This document shows, piece by piece, positions 9,542 through 18,526 of a stretch of 32,000 bases of DNA. The notes beneath the pieces were generated by a model. It saw only the letters and a list, made by a program, of their open reading frames with translations, did not search any database and had not been told where the DNA came from. Source of the stretch: Patescibacteria group bacterium (GTDB lineage: Bacteria; Patescibacteriota; Patescibacteriia; 2-01-FULL-39-33); the NCBI GenBank assembly GCA_041649575.1, contig JBAZMW010000002.1, forward strand, positions 30,001 to 62,000, given 5' to 3'. Position 1 is the first letter of the stretch, and every line of letters begins with the position of its first letter. The position numbers and the translations under genes are program-made.

Positions 9542-10306
9542 ATGGATAATTTTTTTAAACGTTTGGTAAAAGAACTCAAATATATCGCAGGTTTGGGTTG
9601 GACGTTTAAAGCCGTGGGCGAACACTGGGACAAAACAACAGATTATGACGATATAAACGAAAGGACCTATTCTTACTTCCGACGCTTTGTCGATGCTGCC
9701 AAGCTATTTGATTTACCTGATCAAAAATACACCCTGGATATTTGTTCCCGGACGGGCAATGGCAGTTTGTACTTTTGGCAGAAAGGAAAGATTTCTCGGG
9801 TGGTCTGTGCCGATGTCACCCAAAAGATGCAGTTGATTTGCGCGGCTAATCTAAAAAAATATCCGATTAATTTTGAGCTCGAGTATTTTGACAAGTACCC
9901 CTTGCCTTTTGGGGATAATGAATTTGAGACTATTTTAAGTTTTGAAACCATAGAGCATGTTCCTCAGCCGCAAGTTTTTATCAAAGAATTGTCTCGGATT
10001 TTGAAACCAGCCGGCTTAATGGTTTTGACAACCCCAAACGTTTTATGGGAGCCGGTTCATTGGTTGGCCGCTATTTTTAACATTCATCATAGCGAGGGAC
10101 CGCATCGTTTTCTCCGGCATCATAAAATTAAAAAACTGCTCAAGCAAAATAACCTGGAAATAATAAGAGAGGGGACTTTTGTTTTAATCCCCGGTGGGCC
10201 CAAGCCTTTAATAGCATTTGGAGAAAAACTGGAAGAGACTTTGCCCCAGTTTATTTTAAGATGGCTGGCTTTGAGAAGAATTTATATTTGTCAAAAAAAT
10301 AAATAA
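9542..10306 (+). CDS. Class I SAM-dependent methyltransferase
   Basis: Matches are LDICSRTGNGS (a degenerate motif I), VVCADV, FETILSFETIEHVPQP and LKPAGLMVLTTPN. Confidence 0.72.
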   Translation: MDNFFKRLVKELKYIAGLGWTFKAVGEHWDKTTDYDDINERTYSYFRRFVDAAKLFDLPDQKYTLDICSRTGNGSLYFWQKGKISRVVCADVTQKMQLICAANLKKYPINFELEYFDKYPLPFGDNEFETILSFETIEHVPQPQVFIKELSRILKPAGLMVLTTPNVLWEPVHWLAAIFNIHHSEGPHRFLRHHKIKKLLKQNNLEIIREGTFVLIPGGPKPLIAFGEKLEETLPQFILRWLALRRIYICQKNK

Positions 10307-10316
10307 TAAAAATAAA

Positions 10317-10973
10317 ATGGATTTGATCAAAGCAATAAAAAACAGACGCAGCGTTAGGACCTTTCAGCACAAACCAGTAGCCAGAGAATTGATCGAGAAG
10401 CTGATAGAGTCGGCTATTTGCGCTCCCTCGGCTTGCAACATTCAGGGCTGGAAATTTATCGTGGTTGATAATCAGGACGTCAAAAAAAGCATAGTAGACG
10501 CCGGCGGCTCGGTTTTGATTGAAAAAGCGCCTTTAGGAATCCTGGTTTTATATAACAACCGAACCCACAATGTCGGCTATCGTGATTATATCCAAAGCGC
10601 GTCCGCGGCGATAGAAAATTTGCTTTTGACCGCCACTAGCGAGGGCCTGGGGGCTTGCTGGATCTGCCATCTGCCTCGGCCTGGGAATTTACGAAAAATT
10701 TTTAATATTCCCAAATCTTTTTCTCCCATCGCCTATCTACTATTGGGTTATCCGGAAAATCAGCCTCAGGCCGTGCCGCGTAAATATCGGCTCGACGAAG
10801 TTATGGCGGTTAATAAGTTTTCTCCAAATTGGCCCAGATTAAAAGTGAGTTGGCTCGGACTAAAGATTAAAAGATTATTAATCGCCATTTATAATTTAAT
10901 GCCAACCATCATTAAGAAAAAATTTTTGAACAAATTAGTTGACAAGAACTTCGTAAAAAAGTTTGAAAATTAG
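10317..10973 (+). CDS. Nitroreductase-family flavoprotein with an extra C-terminal amphipathic/basic tail
   Basis: AIKNRRSVRTFQHKPV, APSACNIQGWKFIVV and GLGACWI are hallmark nitroreductase/NADH-oxidase-fold motifs. The last roughly 45 aa (LKVSWLGLKIKRLLIAIYNLMPTIIKKKFLNKLVDKNFVKKFEN) lie beyond the usual fold. Confidence 0.8.
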   Translation: MDLIKAIKNRRSVRTFQHKPVARELIEKLIESAICAPSACNIQGWKFIVVDNQDVKKSIVDAGGSVLIEKAPLGILVLYNNRTHNVGYRDYIQSASAAIENLLLTATSEGLGACWICHLPRPGNLRKIFNIPKSFSPIAYLLLGYPENQPQAVPRKYRLDEVMAVNKFSPNWPRLKVSWLGLKIKRLLIAIYNLMPTIIKKKFLNKLVDKNFVKKFEN

Positions 10974-10979
10974 GAAATA

Positions 10980-12395
10980 ATGAAAATAATTTTTATCAAT
11001 CCGCCGGTTAAGAATCTCATTACCGCTAATGTGCCTATGGTGGTAGAGGAGGGAGGCCGTGGCGCGCTGCCGCCTCTAGGTATTTTGTATGTGGCCGCCT
11101 ATTTAAAAAAATATACCAGCAATGAGATTAAAATTTTGGATTTGGAGCTGGAATCTAAAAGCGATGAGGAAATTGGTGATTACCTTTTAAAAGAAAAGCC
11201 CCAGGTCGTCGGCATCACTTTGATTTCCTTTCTTTTGATCGATGTCATTAATTTAATTAGCTTGATTAGGCGCTTTTTGCCAGAAGTGAAAATAATTGCC
11301 GGTGGTCCGCATGCCTGCATTTATCCGGTTGAAACTTTAAATAGTTTGCATGTTGATTATGTCGTCTTAGGCGAAGGCGAATTGCCCTGCTTTGATTTGA
11401 TCAGTAATTTGGATGACCTAGAAAAGTTAAAGAAAGTTAGGGGATTGGTTTTTAAAGATGGTGAAGAAATTATCAATACCGGCCCCAGAGAATTGATTCA
11501 AGATTTAGACTCCTTGCCCTTTCCTGCTCGGGAATTGACAGAGTACAAAAAATATTATTCCACCCTGGCCTTGGCCAATCCGACTACCACCATGTTCACT
11601 TCCAGGGGCTGTCCTTACCAGTGTGTTTTTTGCGACCGGCCACACTTGGGCAAGTTTTTCCGGGCGCGATCAGCAAAGAATGTGGTTGATGAAATGGAAG
11701 AAGTGGTTGGCTTGGGTATTAAAGAAATTTATATTTATGACGACACCTTTACCATTGATCGTCAACGAGTAGTTGATATCTGCGAAGAGATTTTGAGGAG
11801 AAATTTGAAAATTTATTGGGATGTAAGGGCCAGAGTCAATACGGTAGATGAAGAATTGTTAAAACTCATGAAAAAAGCCGGTTGTTCCCGAATTCATTAT
11901 GGAGTCGAATCTGGTGTTGATCGGGTGTTGGAGAACCTTCGCAAAGGCATTACCGTTGAGATGGTCAGGCGCGCTTTCAAAATGACGAAAATAGTTGGAA
12001 TTGAAACGGCAGCTTACTTTATGGTTGGTTGCCCCGGTGAAACTATGGACGATATTAAAAAGTCGGTAGAACTGGCCAAAGAATTAAAGCCGGCCTATGT
12101 TCATTTTTCGGTATTCAGTATTTACCCGGCCACGGACGCCTATCTTAGGGCCTTAAAGGCTGGTTTAGTTAAAAAAGACGTTTGGCAAGAATTTGCCGCC
12201 GCGCCCTCGGCTGATTTTAAACCGCCGCTTTGGGAGGAAAATTTTAGTCGGGAACAGCTAATTGAAATATTAAACCAGGCCTACCGCTCGTTTTATTTGA
12301 GGCCAAGTTATGTCTTTAAAAAATTAGTCGAAATAAAATCATTTAGCGATCTTTGGCACAAGGCAAGGATTGGATTGAAGATCTTTAGGATTTAA
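10980..12395 (+). CDS. Class-B radical SAM enzyme with B12-binding-like domain (stand-alone paralog of the rSAM half of 24267..26660)
   Basis: Matches are IIFINPP...LPPLGILYVAAYLKKY...IIAGGPHACIYP...VVLGEGE, the CxxxCxxC motif TSRGCPYQCVFC, YGVESGVDRVLENL, MVGCPGETMDD and the conserved C-terminal block YRSFYLRPSYVFKKL. It is one of the few genes with an SD-like AGGA (10972..10975). Confidence 0.9.
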   Translation: MKIIFINPPVKNLITANVPMVVEEGGRGALPPLGILYVAAYLKKYTSNEIKILDLELESKSDEEIGDYLLKEKPQVVGITLISFLLIDVINLISLIRRFLPEVKIIAGGPHACIYPVETLNSLHVDYVVLGEGELPCFDLISNLDDLEKLKKVRGLVFKDGEEIINTGPRELIQDLDSLPFPARELTEYKKYYSTLALANPTTTMFTSRGCPYQCVFCDRPHLGKFFRARSAKNVVDEMEEVVGLGIKEIYIYDDTFTIDRQRVVDICEEILRRNLKIYWDVRARVNTVDEELLKLMKKAGCSRIHYGVESGVDRVLENLRKGITVEMVRRAFKMTKIVGIETAAYFMVGCPGETMDDIKKSVELAKELKPAYVHFSVFSIYPATDAYLRALKAGLVKKDVWQEFAAAPSADFKPPLWEENFSREQLIEILNQAYRSFYLRPSYVFKKLVEIKSFSDLWHKARIGLKIFRI

Positions 12396-12414
12396 TAAAA
12401 AATTGGTTTTTTAA

Positions 12415-13908
12415 ATGAAAATTCTCCTTATTTCCCTTAATCAACAGGATGTGGAGGAATACAAAAAAGCGCCGACTGATATTAGTGCTCTGGGGGTGAG
12501 GTATCTTTCTTCATATTTGAAGAGCCAGAGCCAGGAGGTAAAAATATTATTTCTAGCCAAACCTTATGGCGTGGCAGAGAGCCAGGAAGAATTAGAACAA
12601 ATTAATAATCTGATAAACGAACAAAAACCAGATTTAATTGGTTTAAGCTTGATGTCCAACCATTTTTTTCGAGCCAAGCAGATAACTAAAAATATAAAAG
12701 AAAAATTTTCCGCTTTACCGGTGATCTGGGGCGGCATTCACCCTACGATTGATCCGGCCGGTTGTTTAGCTTATGCAGATTTAGTCTGCGTGGGAGAGGG
12801 CGAATTACCCCTTAGCCAACTGGCGCAAGGAGATAATTTAAAACAATATCAAAATCTGAACCTGGCCGGGATTTGGTATAAAAAAAATGGCCAGATAGTT
12901 AACGGCGAAAAAGCCGATTTGGTAAAGGAAATAGATAGGCTACCCAATCCCGATTATGATCTGGAAAACCATTACATTATCCATCAGGATAAATTGGTGC
13001 CGCTTTCGATTGAAATTTTTAGGCAGTATTATCCGGCGTCCCGCGGCGATCATCGTTTAATTTCTACCCGCGGCTGCCCTCATGCCTGCGCCTACTGCTG
13101 TAATTCGGTTTTTCGGGATATGTATGGCGGTGGTTATTTAAGAAAGCGCTTCGTGGAACAGGTAATAGCTGAAATGAAAGTAACCAGGGAAAAATTTCCG
13201 TTTTTGAAATCATTCAAGATCATGGACGACAGCTTTACGGTCAACGATCTTGATTGGATAAGAAAGTTCAGCCGCAGGTACCAAACGGAAATAAACTTGC
13301 CTTTCTATTGTTTGATCAGCCCCCTGACAATCACCCAGGAAAAATTGGATTTATTGGTGGCGGCGGGGCTGTCTACGGCGCAAATGGGTCTGCAGAGCGG
13401 TAGTGACAGGATAAATCAGGAGATTTATCTAAGACAGGTTAAAACCGATCAATTCTTGGCCGCGGCAAAACTGCTGGAAAAATACCAAAATCGAGTAAGC
13501 GTTTCCATTGACGTAATTGTGGACAATCCCTACGAAACGGAATCAGACTTGCTGTTGACGGCCGAAATTTTAAACCAGATAAAAAGACCTTTTCATTTGT
13601 CGCTTTTTTCATTAGCTTTTTATCCTGGAACGGAACTCTACCGGCGAGCATCGCAGGATAAAATTTTAGCAAACAATGAAGAATATTTAGACAAGCAATT
13701 TCATTTATTCAAAAAAAATTATTTAAACAAAATTATTTACTTGGTGCCCCATCTGCCGCCCGAAAAAGTTAAGGTTTTATTGGCCAAGAGAAACAAGTTG
13801 TTTTACAAATTTCAGGTAGAGTTGTTGTATCTTTTTTTGACCAAAAAAAATAAGATGCCCTCAATGTTGATTAAGGCAGCCAAAATTTTGAAACATTTAT
13901 TGAAATAA
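12415..13908 (+). CDS. Class-B radical SAM enzyme with B12-binding-like domain (divergent subfamily)
   Basis: Matches are ILLISLN...ALGVRYLSSYLKSQ...IWGGIHPTIDP...VCVGEGE, the motif STRGCPHACAYC, and MGLQSGSDRINQEI. A basic helical tail follows. Confidence 0.85.
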   Translation: MKILLISLNQQDVEEYKKAPTDISALGVRYLSSYLKSQSQEVKILFLAKPYGVAESQEELEQINNLINEQKPDLIGLSLMSNHFFRAKQITKNIKEKFSALPVIWGGIHPTIDPAGCLAYADLVCVGEGELPLSQLAQGDNLKQYQNLNLAGIWYKKNGQIVNGEKADLVKEIDRLPNPDYDLENHYIIHQDKLVPLSIEIFRQYYPASRGDHRLISTRGCPHACAYCCNSVFRDMYGGGYLRKRFVEQVIAEMKVTREKFPFLKSFKIMDDSFTVNDLDWIRKFSRRYQTEINLPFYCLISPLTITQEKLDLLVAAGLSTAQMGLQSGSDRINQEIYLRQVKTDQFLAAAKLLEKYQNRVSVSIDVIVDNPYETESDLLLTAEILNQIKRPFHLSLFSLAFYPGTELYRRASQDKILANNEEYLDKQFHLFKKNYLNKIIYLVPHLPPEKVKVLLAKRNKLFYKFQVELLYLFLTKKNKMPSMLIKAAKILKHLLK

Positions 13909-13910
13909 AT

Positions 13911-15098
13911 ATGAAAAAATGGCGACTTAGAATCAAGAGTGTTTTTTTGCTGGTTTGCTGTTATTGTTATTGTCTTATCCGTGGCCGGGCTGACAAAAAA
14001 ATTACCGACCCCAAAAAAATTCTGGTGGTTCAAATGGCCAAGTTGGGCGACATGGTGTGCACCACGCCGGTTCTCCGGGCGGTTAAAGCAAAATATCCTC
14101 AAAGTGAGGTTTATGTCTTGGGTGATGCTGTCAATAAAATTTTATTGCAAAATCATCCTGATGTCGACGGCTATATTGTTTTCGGCGATAATCTTTTTCG
14201 TTTCATTAAAGAACTAAGAAAAATAAAATTTGATTTTGCCTGCGTAGCCGTGCCGGATTTTGACAGTTTGGCTATAATTTATCTCTCCGGCATTCCTTTG
14301 ATTTGCGTTCCGAAAATTACTGACGGTTATTCTCCTTATAACACCAGGCCGTTTAGGCTGGCTTCTAAATTAGTAGTTACCAGAAATTACGGTTTGGAAA
14401 AATATGCGCCCCGGGAATATTTAAAACTTTTAGAGCCGATCGATATCTATACCGATGATACCAAAAAATGGCTGGCCTACTCATCCTGGGCAAAGAAAAA
14501 AGTTGATGAATTTTTTATTGATCGCGCTATTGATAAGAGTAGCGATTTTATTATTGGCTTGTCTCCGGCGGCCGGCAATAAAATAAAGCTGTGGAGTCCC
14601 AAAAAATTCGCCGATTTGATAAATCATATTTGTCATCATTGGCAGGCGAAGATAATTATTATCGGCGCTTCGGCCGATACCCCCTTAGCCAACGAGGTTG
14701 TTAGTCATCTAAATCAAGAGAATCAAGTAATAAATACGGTCGGGGTATTTAATTTGGACGAGCTCAAGGTGTTGATGGCTCAAATGTCCATGTTTATCAG
14801 CGTGGATACGGGCCCAATTTATGTCGCGGAAGCTTTTGAGGTGCCAACCATCGACATTGTCGGTCCGGTTGACGAGAGAGTTCAGCCGCCCCAAGGCCAA
14901 TTCAATAAAATCGTAAAGGTTGAAAGAAAAAAAGCGGAGATGTATATTCTGAATTCCAGAGATTACAATTATCAGGAAGCTAAGAGGCAGGTAGATGAGA
15001 TAAGCGTTGAAATGGTGGTAGAGCAATTTGAGCAACTAGTGAGCGCTATTAATACTGTCGGAAACAGAACTAGAGCTAAGCCCCGCGTTCTAACCTAA
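13911..15098 (+). CDS. Glycosyltransferase family 9 (heptosyltransferase-like fold) with an unusual Cys-rich hydrophobic N-terminal extension
   Basis: The GT9 N-terminal signature is ILVVQMAKLGDMVCTTPVLRAVKAKYP. The C-terminal signature is VDTGPIYVAEAFEVPTIDIVGPVD (compare DTGPxHxAxAxxxPxxxxxGP). The first 30 aa, MKKWRLRIKSVFLLVCCYCYCLIRGRADKK, are not part of the canonical fold. Confidence 0.8.
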   Translation: MKKWRLRIKSVFLLVCCYCYCLIRGRADKKITDPKKILVVQMAKLGDMVCTTPVLRAVKAKYPQSEVYVLGDAVNKILLQNHPDVDGYIVFGDNLFRFIKELRKIKFDFACVAVPDFDSLAIIYLSGIPLICVPKITDGYSPYNTRPFRLASKLVVTRNYGLEKYAPREYLKLLEPIDIYTDDTKKWLAYSSWAKKKVDEFFIDRAIDKSSDFIIGLSPAAGNKIKLWSPKKFADLINHICHHWQAKIIIIGASADTPLANEVVSHLNQENQVINTVGVFNLDELKVLMAQMSMFISVDTGPIYVAEAFEVPTIDIVGPVDERVQPPQGQFNKIVKVERKKAEMYILNSRDYNYQEAKRQVDEISVEMVVEQFEQLVSAINTVGNRTRAKPRVLT

Positions 15099-15133
15099 AA
15101 AAAGTCAAAACTTGAGAATTAAAAAGTAAACCG

Positions 15134-16471
15134 ATGATTTTTTTAAAAAAGATTCTCTCTTTAAGAAACAAGAAATTTGTTCGGGACGCTTCGGTTTTAC
15201 AGCTGGGATCAATATTTTCAACCGGCCTGTCTTTTTTGGCTTCCATTGTTTACGCTCGGATTTTGGGTATAAATGGTTATGCCAATTACGCTTTGATTTT
15301 TGCCTTTGTCAGTTTGACCGGGATTTTTATGAATGTGGGCACTAATGAGACGGCGATTACTCTTTTAGCCGAGGCTTATGCCGAAAACAACAGGGAGAAA
15401 ATTAAAAATCTTTTGACCTATTATATAAAAATAACCTTTTTGTTCGCTTTGGTAGTCGGATTAATAATTATTATTTTTGCTCCGTTTTTAACCTCGCTTT
15501 TTTACCACAACCGAGAAATCGGCCGGCTGGCCAGGATTGTTGTCATCGGCAACATCAGCCAGATTTTTTTCTACATGTACACGATAGTTTTGCAAATCAT
15601 GAGAAAGATAAAGAATCTTACTATTGTTGAAAATTTGAATAAAATTTTTGGCGTGGTTGTTCCTGTCTCCCTGGTTTTAGCCGGCTTTGGCTTAAAGGGT
15701 TTGGTTTTTGGTTATCTTGTAGTCACTCTCTGTTTTGCCTTATTTTCTATATTGGCTTATCGCCGGCTTTGGCTAAGAAGCCAAGTTTTACCTTCCTGGT
15801 TGGAAATTATCGGCAATTTAAGGCGGGTTAAATTGGCCTATTATTTCAAATTCGGTTTTTTAATTGCGGTAGATAAAAATTTGGGCAGTTTGTATAGTAC
15901 TCTGCCAATTTTTATTCTAGGTATGTTTAGTTTCGACCAGGTGGCTTTTTTCAAAATAGCAACGGCCTATGCCGGGCTACCCTCGATCTTAATTAGTCCG
16001 GTTTCTCGTTTATTAATGGTGCAATTGCCAAAGTCAAAAATCTACAGCCTGGCCATTCTAAAAAGAGATTTTGTCAGGTCGTCTTTTGGCGGCTTTCTGA
16101 TTACTTTTGGTGCGGCCTTGGTTCTGGTTTTTCTGGCGCCCATATTGATTCCCTTGGTTTATGGCCAAAGTTATTTATTCGCTATTTGTTTATCCTATCC
16201 TTTGCTGCTTGGCACGGTGATTTCAAGCTGGGGCTTGGGTCTTAGCTCAATTTTTAGAACCTTGAATTTAATGAAAAAATCGATTATAATTAATTTTGTT
16301 TTGATCGTCGCCGGCAGTGGTCTCTTATGCTTTCTGGCTAAAAATTATTCCATTAATGTTTCGGTCTGGGCGATCGCTTTGTGGCTGCCTTTGGCGACAA
16401 TGGTGTTTTTCTTCTATGTCTTAAACTATATGAATAAAAAAATAAAAGTGACTAATGAAACTGGAGAATAA
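15134..16471 (+). CDS. Wzx/MOP-superfamily oligosaccharide flippase
   Basis: The 445-aa product is hydrophobic throughout, with about 12-14 TM helices. The N-terminus KKFVRDASVLQLGSIFSTGLSFLASIVYARILG is typical of polysaccharide-biosynthesis (Wzx/RfbX) proteins. A 35-nt gap precedes it, one of only three gaps longer than 30 nt in the window. Confidence 0.75.
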   Translation: MIFLKKILSLRNKKFVRDASVLQLGSIFSTGLSFLASIVYARILGINGYANYALIFAFVSLTGIFMNVGTNETAITLLAEAYAENNREKIKNLLTYYIKITFLFALVVGLIIIIFAPFLTSLFYHNREIGRLARIVVIGNISQIFFYMYTIVLQIMRKIKNLTIVENLNKIFGVVVPVSLVLAGFGLKGLVFGYLVVTLCFALFSILAYRRLWLRSQVLPSWLEIIGNLRRVKLAYYFKFGFLIAVDKNLGSLYSTLPIFILGMFSFDQVAFFKIATAYAGLPSILISPVSRLLMVQLPKSKIYSLAILKRDFVRSSFGGFLITFGAALVLVFLAPILIPLVYGQSYLFAICLSYPLLLGTVISSWGLGLSSIFRTLNLMKKSIIINFVLIVAGSGLLCFLAKNYSINVSVWAIALWLPLATMVFFFYVLNYMNKKIKVTNETGE

Positions 16472-17075
16472 AAATTTTTTTGGCACCAAAGAGCTGGTTG
16501 ATTATTGTTTGAAATATGTGACAGGCGAAGTGGCGGATGTCGGGGCCGGCACGGCCAAGTATAAGCCGATGATTTTAAGCCGAGCCTCTTCTTATTTGGC
16601 TTTTGATGTAGTGCCAGGGGAGAAAATAGACGTGGTTGGTGATGTTTTAAACATGCCTTTGTCCAGTGAGAGCTTTGATACGGTTATCTCCACTCAAGTA
16701 CTCGAACACGTCGAAAAGCCATGGGTGATGGTTTCTGAAATAAGAAGAATTCTAAAGCCCGGCGGCGTTTGCGTTCTCACCGCGCCTTTTTTAATTTCTT
16801 ATCATCCTGATCCGACGGATTTTTTCCGTTACACCACCGAGGGCATAGTCTCATTGTTTAAAAATGAGGGTTTCGAAATTATAGAAGCCGGCTCTTATGG
16901 GCGTTTATTTTCTACCTTTAAAGAGATTGTTCGGCTCGGTTATTTCCGCCAAAAACGTTTTAAGGGTCAGGAGTTATTTTTGAAGTACGCACAAAAATTT
17001 ACCCATTGGCTTGACGGCTTTGTTAAAAACAAAAGCATTTATACCAATATTTATGTTATTGCCAGAAAAAAATGA
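16455..17075 (+). CDS. Class I SAM-dependent methyltransferase (type 11-like)
   Basis: Matches are VADVGAGTAKY (motif I), AFDV, FDTVISTQVLEHVEKP and LKPGGVCVLTAPF. The start overlaps the upstream gene by 17 nt. Confidence 0.8.
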   Translation: MKLENKNFFGTKELVDYCLKYVTGEVADVGAGTAKYKPMILSRASSYLAFDVVPGEKIDVVGDVLNMPLSSESFDTVISTQVLEHVEKPWVMVSEIRRILKPGGVCVLTAPFLISYHPDPTDFFRYTTEGIVSLFKNEGFEIIEAGSYGRLFSTFKEIVRLGYFRQKRFKGQELFLKYAQKFTHWLDGFVKNKSIYTNIYVIARKK

Positions 17076-18526
17076 AAATCATATTAATTAATCCGCCGGT
17101 TTGTAATGATATCGGCCATAAATTGGCCGATACGCCGCCCCTGGGCTTGCTTTATTTAGCCTCTTTTTTGGAAAAAAATGGCTATCGTGAGGTTAAGGTT
17201 GTCGACGCCGATGTCGCTTTAATGAGCTGGCCCGCCTTAAGAGATTTTTTAATCAAGGAAAAGCCAGAAATAGTCGGGCTGTCTGGCGCTTCATTAGTTT
17301 TGCCGGCTTTGATAAAAACTGCCCAATTAGCCAAAGAGGCTTTGCCCGGTGTCATAACAATCGCTGGCGGCTTCGGACCAACCAAGGAGCCAGAAAAAGT
17401 TTTAAGAGATAGTAGTGGTTCCATCGATTTTATTGTCAGAGGAGAAGGGGAGGTTACTTTACTGGAAATGGTCAAGCAGATTGAAAGCCGGGAGAAAAGG
17501 TATAACCAGATAAAAGGATTGGCTTATCTCGATCAAAATAATTTAGTTATCACTGAAAGCAGGGAGGCAGTCAGGGATTTGGATTCTTTGCCTTGGCCGG
17601 CTTATCATCTTTTAGAACAAAAGTTTTCTGACTACGGCGGTATGCATGCTCGTTACAAGGAGATGGGACGGCCCAACGCTGTTATGATCGCTGCCCGCGG
17701 TTGTCCGCATCGTTGCACTTTTTGTAGTCTGGGCTCGAGGCTGTATCGCCAGCGAAATCCTCGGGATGTCGTTGATGAGATGGAGTCTTATGTTAAGAAG
17801 TTCCAAGCTAAATCCATCCAGCTTTACGATGACGAGTTTGTTGGTCTTAGCCCCAAACAGAATGAATGGATTAATCAGATTTGCGATGAAATAATTAGAC
17901 GCGATTTGGACAAAAAACTTTCTTTTCTGGTTCAGGGACGTTGTAGTCAGTTTGTCGATTTAAAAACTTTGCAGAAAATGCGTCAAGCCAATTTCCGCTG
18001 GATTTGGTGGGGCGTGGAATCAGGTTCTCAAAAAGTTTTAGATTTGATAAAAAAGGATTTAAAAATTGAAAATGTGATCCGCGATTTCTCTCTGGCCAAG
18101 CAAGCTGGAATTAAGTCATTAATGTTTATCATGGTCGGTTTTCCAGGAGAAACGCCAGCCGACATCAAAATGACCGCCGCCTTGGTAAAAAAAATCAAGC
18201 CCGACGACATCGCCATTCATATTGTCACACCATACCCGGGTTCGGAGATGAGAAAATATTTGGAAGAAAATAATTTACTTGAGACCACCGACTATTATAA
18301 ATTCAATACGCGTCGGGACGTAATCCATCATACTCAAGAAATGACTGCCGAAGAAATAAAAAAATATTTTCATCTTCTGGTTTTTCGGTTTTCCAATGGT
18401 CATTGGTATTTTATTAAGTTTTTCTTTAAATCATTGACCACCATCGATGGCTGGAAAAAATTATTCAAAAGGATAAAAATGGCGTTTAGCTATTTTTCCA
18501 GTTGGTTTAAGATTAATGTTAATTAA
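17072..18526 (+). CDS. Class-B radical SAM enzyme with B12-binding-like domain
   Basis: The start is an ATGA overlap. Matches are IILINPP...TPPLGLLYLASFLEKNGY...IAGGFGPT...IVRGEGE, the motif AARGCPHRCTFC, WGVESGSQKVLDLI and MVGFPGETPADI. The tail is aromatic and basic (HWYFIKFFFKSL...KKLFKRIKMAFSYFSSWFKINVN). Confidence 0.9.
   Translation: MKIILINPPVCNDIGHKLADTPPLGLLYLASFLEKNGYREVKVVDADVALMSWPALRDFLIKEKPEIVGLSGASLVLPALIKTAQLAKEALPGVITIAGGFGPTKEPEKVLRDSSGSIDFIVRGEGEVTLLEMVKQIESREKRYNQIKGLAYLDQNNLVITESREAVRDLDSLPWPAYHLLEQKFSDYGGMHARYKEMGRPNAVMIAARGCPHRCTFCSLGSRLYRQRNPRDVVDEMESYVKKFQAKSIQLYDDEFVGLSPKQNEWINQICDEIIRRDLDKKLSFLVQGRCSQFVDLKTLQKMRQANFRWIWWGVESGSQKVLDLIKKDLKIENVIRDFSLAKQAGIKSLMFIMVGFPGETPADIKMTAALVKKIKPDDIAIHIVTPYPGSEMRKYLEENNLLETTDYYKFNTRRDVIHHTQEMTAEEIKKYFHLLVFRFSNGHWYFIKFFFKSLTTIDGWKKLFKRIKMAFSYFSSWFKINVN

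Noticed and set aside
10317-10973. Calling the nitroreductase-fold protein BluB (dimethylbenzimidazole synthase).
   Set aside because: The idea is attractive given the B12-domain neighbours, but the motifs I can read are generic to the whole nitroreductase superfamily. It is kept only as one hypothesis.
13911-15098. Annotating the GT9 gene as the LPS heptosyltransferase waaC/waaF.
   Set aside because: Only fold-level motifs are recognisable. There are no lipid A/core or ADP-heptose genes in the window, and there is an atypical N-terminal extension. A specific gene symbol would be unsupported.
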